Assembly (NCBI GenBank): GCA_964016885.1
Contig: OZ024742.1
Location: forward strand, 29,388,001-29,452,000
Length of the DNA: 64,000 nt
DNA from: Eledone cirrhosa
Lineage: Eukaryota
Direction of reading: 5' to 3'
Shown: positions 59,873 through 64,000 of the stretch, piece after piece
Position numbering within the stretch: position 1 is the first letter of the stretch
Layout: every line of letters begins with the position of its first letter
Translations under genes and position numbers: made by a program
Notes under the pieces: model-generated
What the model was told of the DNA's origin: nothing
Seen by the model: only the letters and a program-made list of their open reading frames with translations
Database searches by the model: none

Positions 59873-60699
59873 CCATACAGCATGTAATACCTAGGTTATT
59901 AAATTCGATTACTTAAAAGCTAAAAGTACAGCTGAAAGTGTCACAGTAAATGTAATAGAATATATAAGATACAAACTGATATCATATCAGGTATTAAGCA
60001 TTGTGCTAGACGCATTATGCGTTCCAAATTTAATATATAAGCTCTTATAAGTTTACTAACGAAACCTCCTCAATGCTTGCCAAGAAGAAAAAGTATATAC
60101 AATTCGTTTTCAATGGAAAATAAAATGTCGGTTTTGACTGAGTTTTCATGATCTAAATAGGGATAGTGTATCAAATAGATTCCCAGATTTCCTGTAACCT
60201 TTACGTAACATCACAAGGAAATGGGCGAGAAAGAAAAGTCTAAATGTAGCTGCATATATTCAAAATGTTTCTAAGCCAACCATGTCGTAACTATAAGAGG
60301 TTTGGAGAAGAAATAGTAAAAGAATACATAGGTCTAAGAATACAATCAGGAAGAATGAAATCACTGGCTATTATAATAAAATCAATAGTTTATTCACAAA
60401 CCTACCGTGTGTCACAGTAAACATTGGTGTTTGTGAAGAAACAGTATGAATGGAATAATTTTCTCTTTATAATTTTGGCTAATGTTAGACTACAACTAAA
60501 AAGTAACTTACACATATTTTATTGGGCTTCATTTTATTTTTTCCTGTTTTAATTATTATTTTCGTTGTTTCTTGTTCAGTTTCCATTTCTTTACTGTCTT
60601 CTAACTAAACCCATGTGATGACAAAGTCGGGAGTATTGCTTAAAGATATGATTTAATCAACAGTTGACATCTGCCAATAAATTTCTCCTCTGCTGTCTC

Positions 60700-62924
60700 C
60701 ACATCACCACCACCATCACCATCACCACCACCATCACCACCAACACATTCACCATCACCACCACCATCACCATCACCACCAGCATCACCACCACCATCAC
60801 CACCATCATCACCACCACCACCACCATCACCATCACCATCACCACCACCGTCACCACCACCATCACCACTACCATCACCATGACCACCACCACCACCACA
60901 CCACCACACCACCACCACACCACCACCACCACCACCACCACACCACCACCACCACCACCACCACCACCACACCACCACAACCACCACCACCACCACCACA
61001 CCACCACACCACCACACCACCACCACACCACCACCACACCACCACCACCATCACAATCACCATCACCACCACCATCAACATCACCACCACCATCACCATC
61101 ACCACTACCATCACCATCACCATCACCATCACCACCAAAATCACCACCACCATCACCACTGCCATAACCACCAGCATCACCACCACCATAACCACCACCA
61201 TCACCACCACCACACCACCACCACCATCACAATCACCATCACCACCACCACCAACATCACCACCACCATCACCATCACCACCAAAATCACCACCACCATC
61301 ACCACCACCATAACCACCACCATCACCACCACCATAACCACCATCATCACCACCTGCATCACCATCACCATCACCACCAACATCACCACCACCATCACCA
61401 TCACCACCACCATCACCATCACCATCACCATCACCACCAAAATCACCACCACCGTCACCACCACCATCACCACCACCATCACCATCACCACCACCATCAC
61501 CACCACCGTCACCACCACCATCACCACCACCATCACCATCACCACCACCACCACCACACCACCACACCACCACCACACCACCACACCACCACCACCACCA
61601 CCACCACTGAAACCACCACCACCACCACCACTGAAACCACCACCACCACCACACCACCACACCACCACCACAACCACCATCACCACCATCACCACCACCA
61701 CACCACCACACCACCACACCACCACCACACCACCACCACCACCACCACACCACCACACCACAACCACCACCACCGCAACCGCCACCACCACCACACCACC
61801 ATCACCACCAAAATCACCACCACCATCACCACCACCATAACCACCATCACACCACCACTACCCCCCACACCACCACACCACCACCACCACACCACCACAC
61901 AACCACACCACCACACCACCACCACCACCACCACACCACCACCACACCACCACCACACCACGATCACCACCACTACCACCACCACCACCACACCACCACC
62001 ACACCACCACCACACCACCACCACTACCACCACCACCACACCACCACACCACCACCACACCACCACACCACCACACCCCCCCCCCCCCCCCCCCCCCCAC
62101 CACCCCACCACACCACCACCACCACCACCACCACTACCACCACCACCACCACCACCACCACACCACCGCCACCACCACCACCACACCACCACACCACCAC
62201 ACCACCACACCACCACTACCACACCACCACCACCACTACCACCACACCACCACCACTACCACCACCACACCACCACACCACACCACCACCACTACCACCA
62301 CACCACAACACCACCACCACACCACCACCACACCGCCACACCACCACAATACCACCACCACCACCAGCACTACCACCACCACCACACCACCACCAACACC
62401 ACCACACCACCGCCACCACCACCACCACACCACCACACCGCCACCACCACCACCACACCACCACCACCACACCACCACACCACCACAACACCACACCACA
62501 ACACCACCACCACCACCACACCACCACACCACCACACCACCACACCACCACAAACCGCCACCACCACCACCACACCACCACCACCACACCACCACACCAC
62601 CACACCACCACACAACACCACCACCACCACCACCACACCACCACACCACCACACCACCACACCACCACCACCACCACCAACACCACACCACAACACCACC
62701 ACACCACCACACTACCACAACACCACACCACACCACCACCACCACCACCACTATATTATAACTCTCTACATTAACTATTTATAATGTTTACATCAGAACT
62801 CAGCTCAACATTCGCTATTTTTATATAAACAAGAAAACTACAATTGGTTTCACTTTTAGTATCATCATCATCATAATCATCGTCATCATCATCATAATTA
62901 TCCTCTTGCTCATCTCATTAGTAT

Positions 62925-62980
<56 letters not shown>

Positions 62981-63200
62981 TTACTACTACTACCACCACC
63001 ACCAGTACTACTACTACTACTACTACTATTGTTGTTATTATTATATTGTTGTTATTACTATTATTACTACCACCGCTACTACTACTACTACTACCACCAC
63101 TACTACTACTACCACCACTACTACTGCCACCACCACTACTTCTACTACTACTACCACTACTACTACTGCCACTACTACTTCTAATACTACTACTATCATT
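60700..63200. repeat. (CCA/TCA)n, (CCACA) and (CTA)n compound arrays
   Basis: Directly visible. Confidence 0.95.
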
Positions 63201-64000
63201 ATTGTTATTATTCCTATGATTTCTGGCACACCTTATATATTATTCTATAGACTTGTTCGTTACAACTACTAAAACCTCAAATATATAAACCTTGCAAATT
63301 ACCATTCTATCACCTTGGAAATTTCACTATCTTCTTTTACTTCTAATTAATAAATTTTTTACTAGATGCTTCTTTATTCCAATGCAATTTCTTCCATAAA
63401 TTATAAGATCTATTCTCGTGCTGTTCAACTAATTTCTCTTGGAATCGCTTCCACACCGAAATATACACTGCCAAAATATATTTTTAGATCTTTAGCAACA
63501 CTCCTCCACAAATTAATTCTTTACACAAATAACATTACCAAATGTTTGTGTGTAATTTGTATCGAAGGAATCTCTTTAAATATATATTTAGTTCGGTGTA
63601 GTTATTAGCACTCTCACTAGCACCAGCACCACTACCACTGCACCATCAACTGCACTGATCACTCATCAACACTCACCAACGAAACACCACCACCATTAGC
63701 ACTACCATCACACCCCCTATCGCTACCATTCACCACCAATAACTTCATTACCTCTATTCATATATCCATCAATAAAACCTCACCAAGGTAAATAGCGACA
63801 CTCAAAATAAATCTCAAAGATTCTTTCTGACTAGCTTTAAAAATATATAGGTTATTGTTGTTGTTGTAGTTGGTGTAACTGTTGTTGTTGTAGCTGTTGT
63901 TGTTGTTGTTGTTGCTGTTGTTGCTGTTGTTGTTTATGTTTGTTATTTTTCACATTTTCTTCAAAGTATTAATAACAAAGAATTATAACATTCTTTACAC

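Noticed and set aside
63250-63600. Possible decayed LINE endonuclease on the minus strand (IYFGSVY)
   Set aside because: Too degraded, with multiple stops; cannot be supported without a profile search

Overview
Animal (eukaryotic) genomic DNA, most likely intronic or intergenic sequence from a cephalopod. The octopus-like assignment is inferred from the tRNA-derived SINE families and the extreme (TA)n, (CA)n, (CT)n, (GATA)n and (CCA/CAA)n content. No complete gene is present, and nearly all long ORFs in the track are low-complexity repeat artefacts. Recognisable content: (1) four decayed Penelope-like retroelement (PLE) fragments with RT C-terminus, Cys-rich linker and GIY-YIG motifs, most bordered by (TA)n; (2) short non-coding inserts in (TA)n tracts, several with minimal hammerhead-ribozyme (HHR) motifs, including one apparently intact HHR at about 33.9 kb on the minus strand; (3) about a dozen fold-back palindromes, several centred on or next to HHR elements; (4) three tandem L1/Tx1-like 3' fragments nested in (GATA)n; (5) RTE and CR1-like LINE remnants, many SINEs and several minisatellites; (6) one credible minus-strand host exon (24123-24262). 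The best candidate for an undescribed system is the set of HHR-bearing, TA-targeted fold-back PLE derivatives, together with a tRNA-headed unit that has the same tandem-plus-inverted architecture. Coordinates were read by eye and may be off by a few bases.
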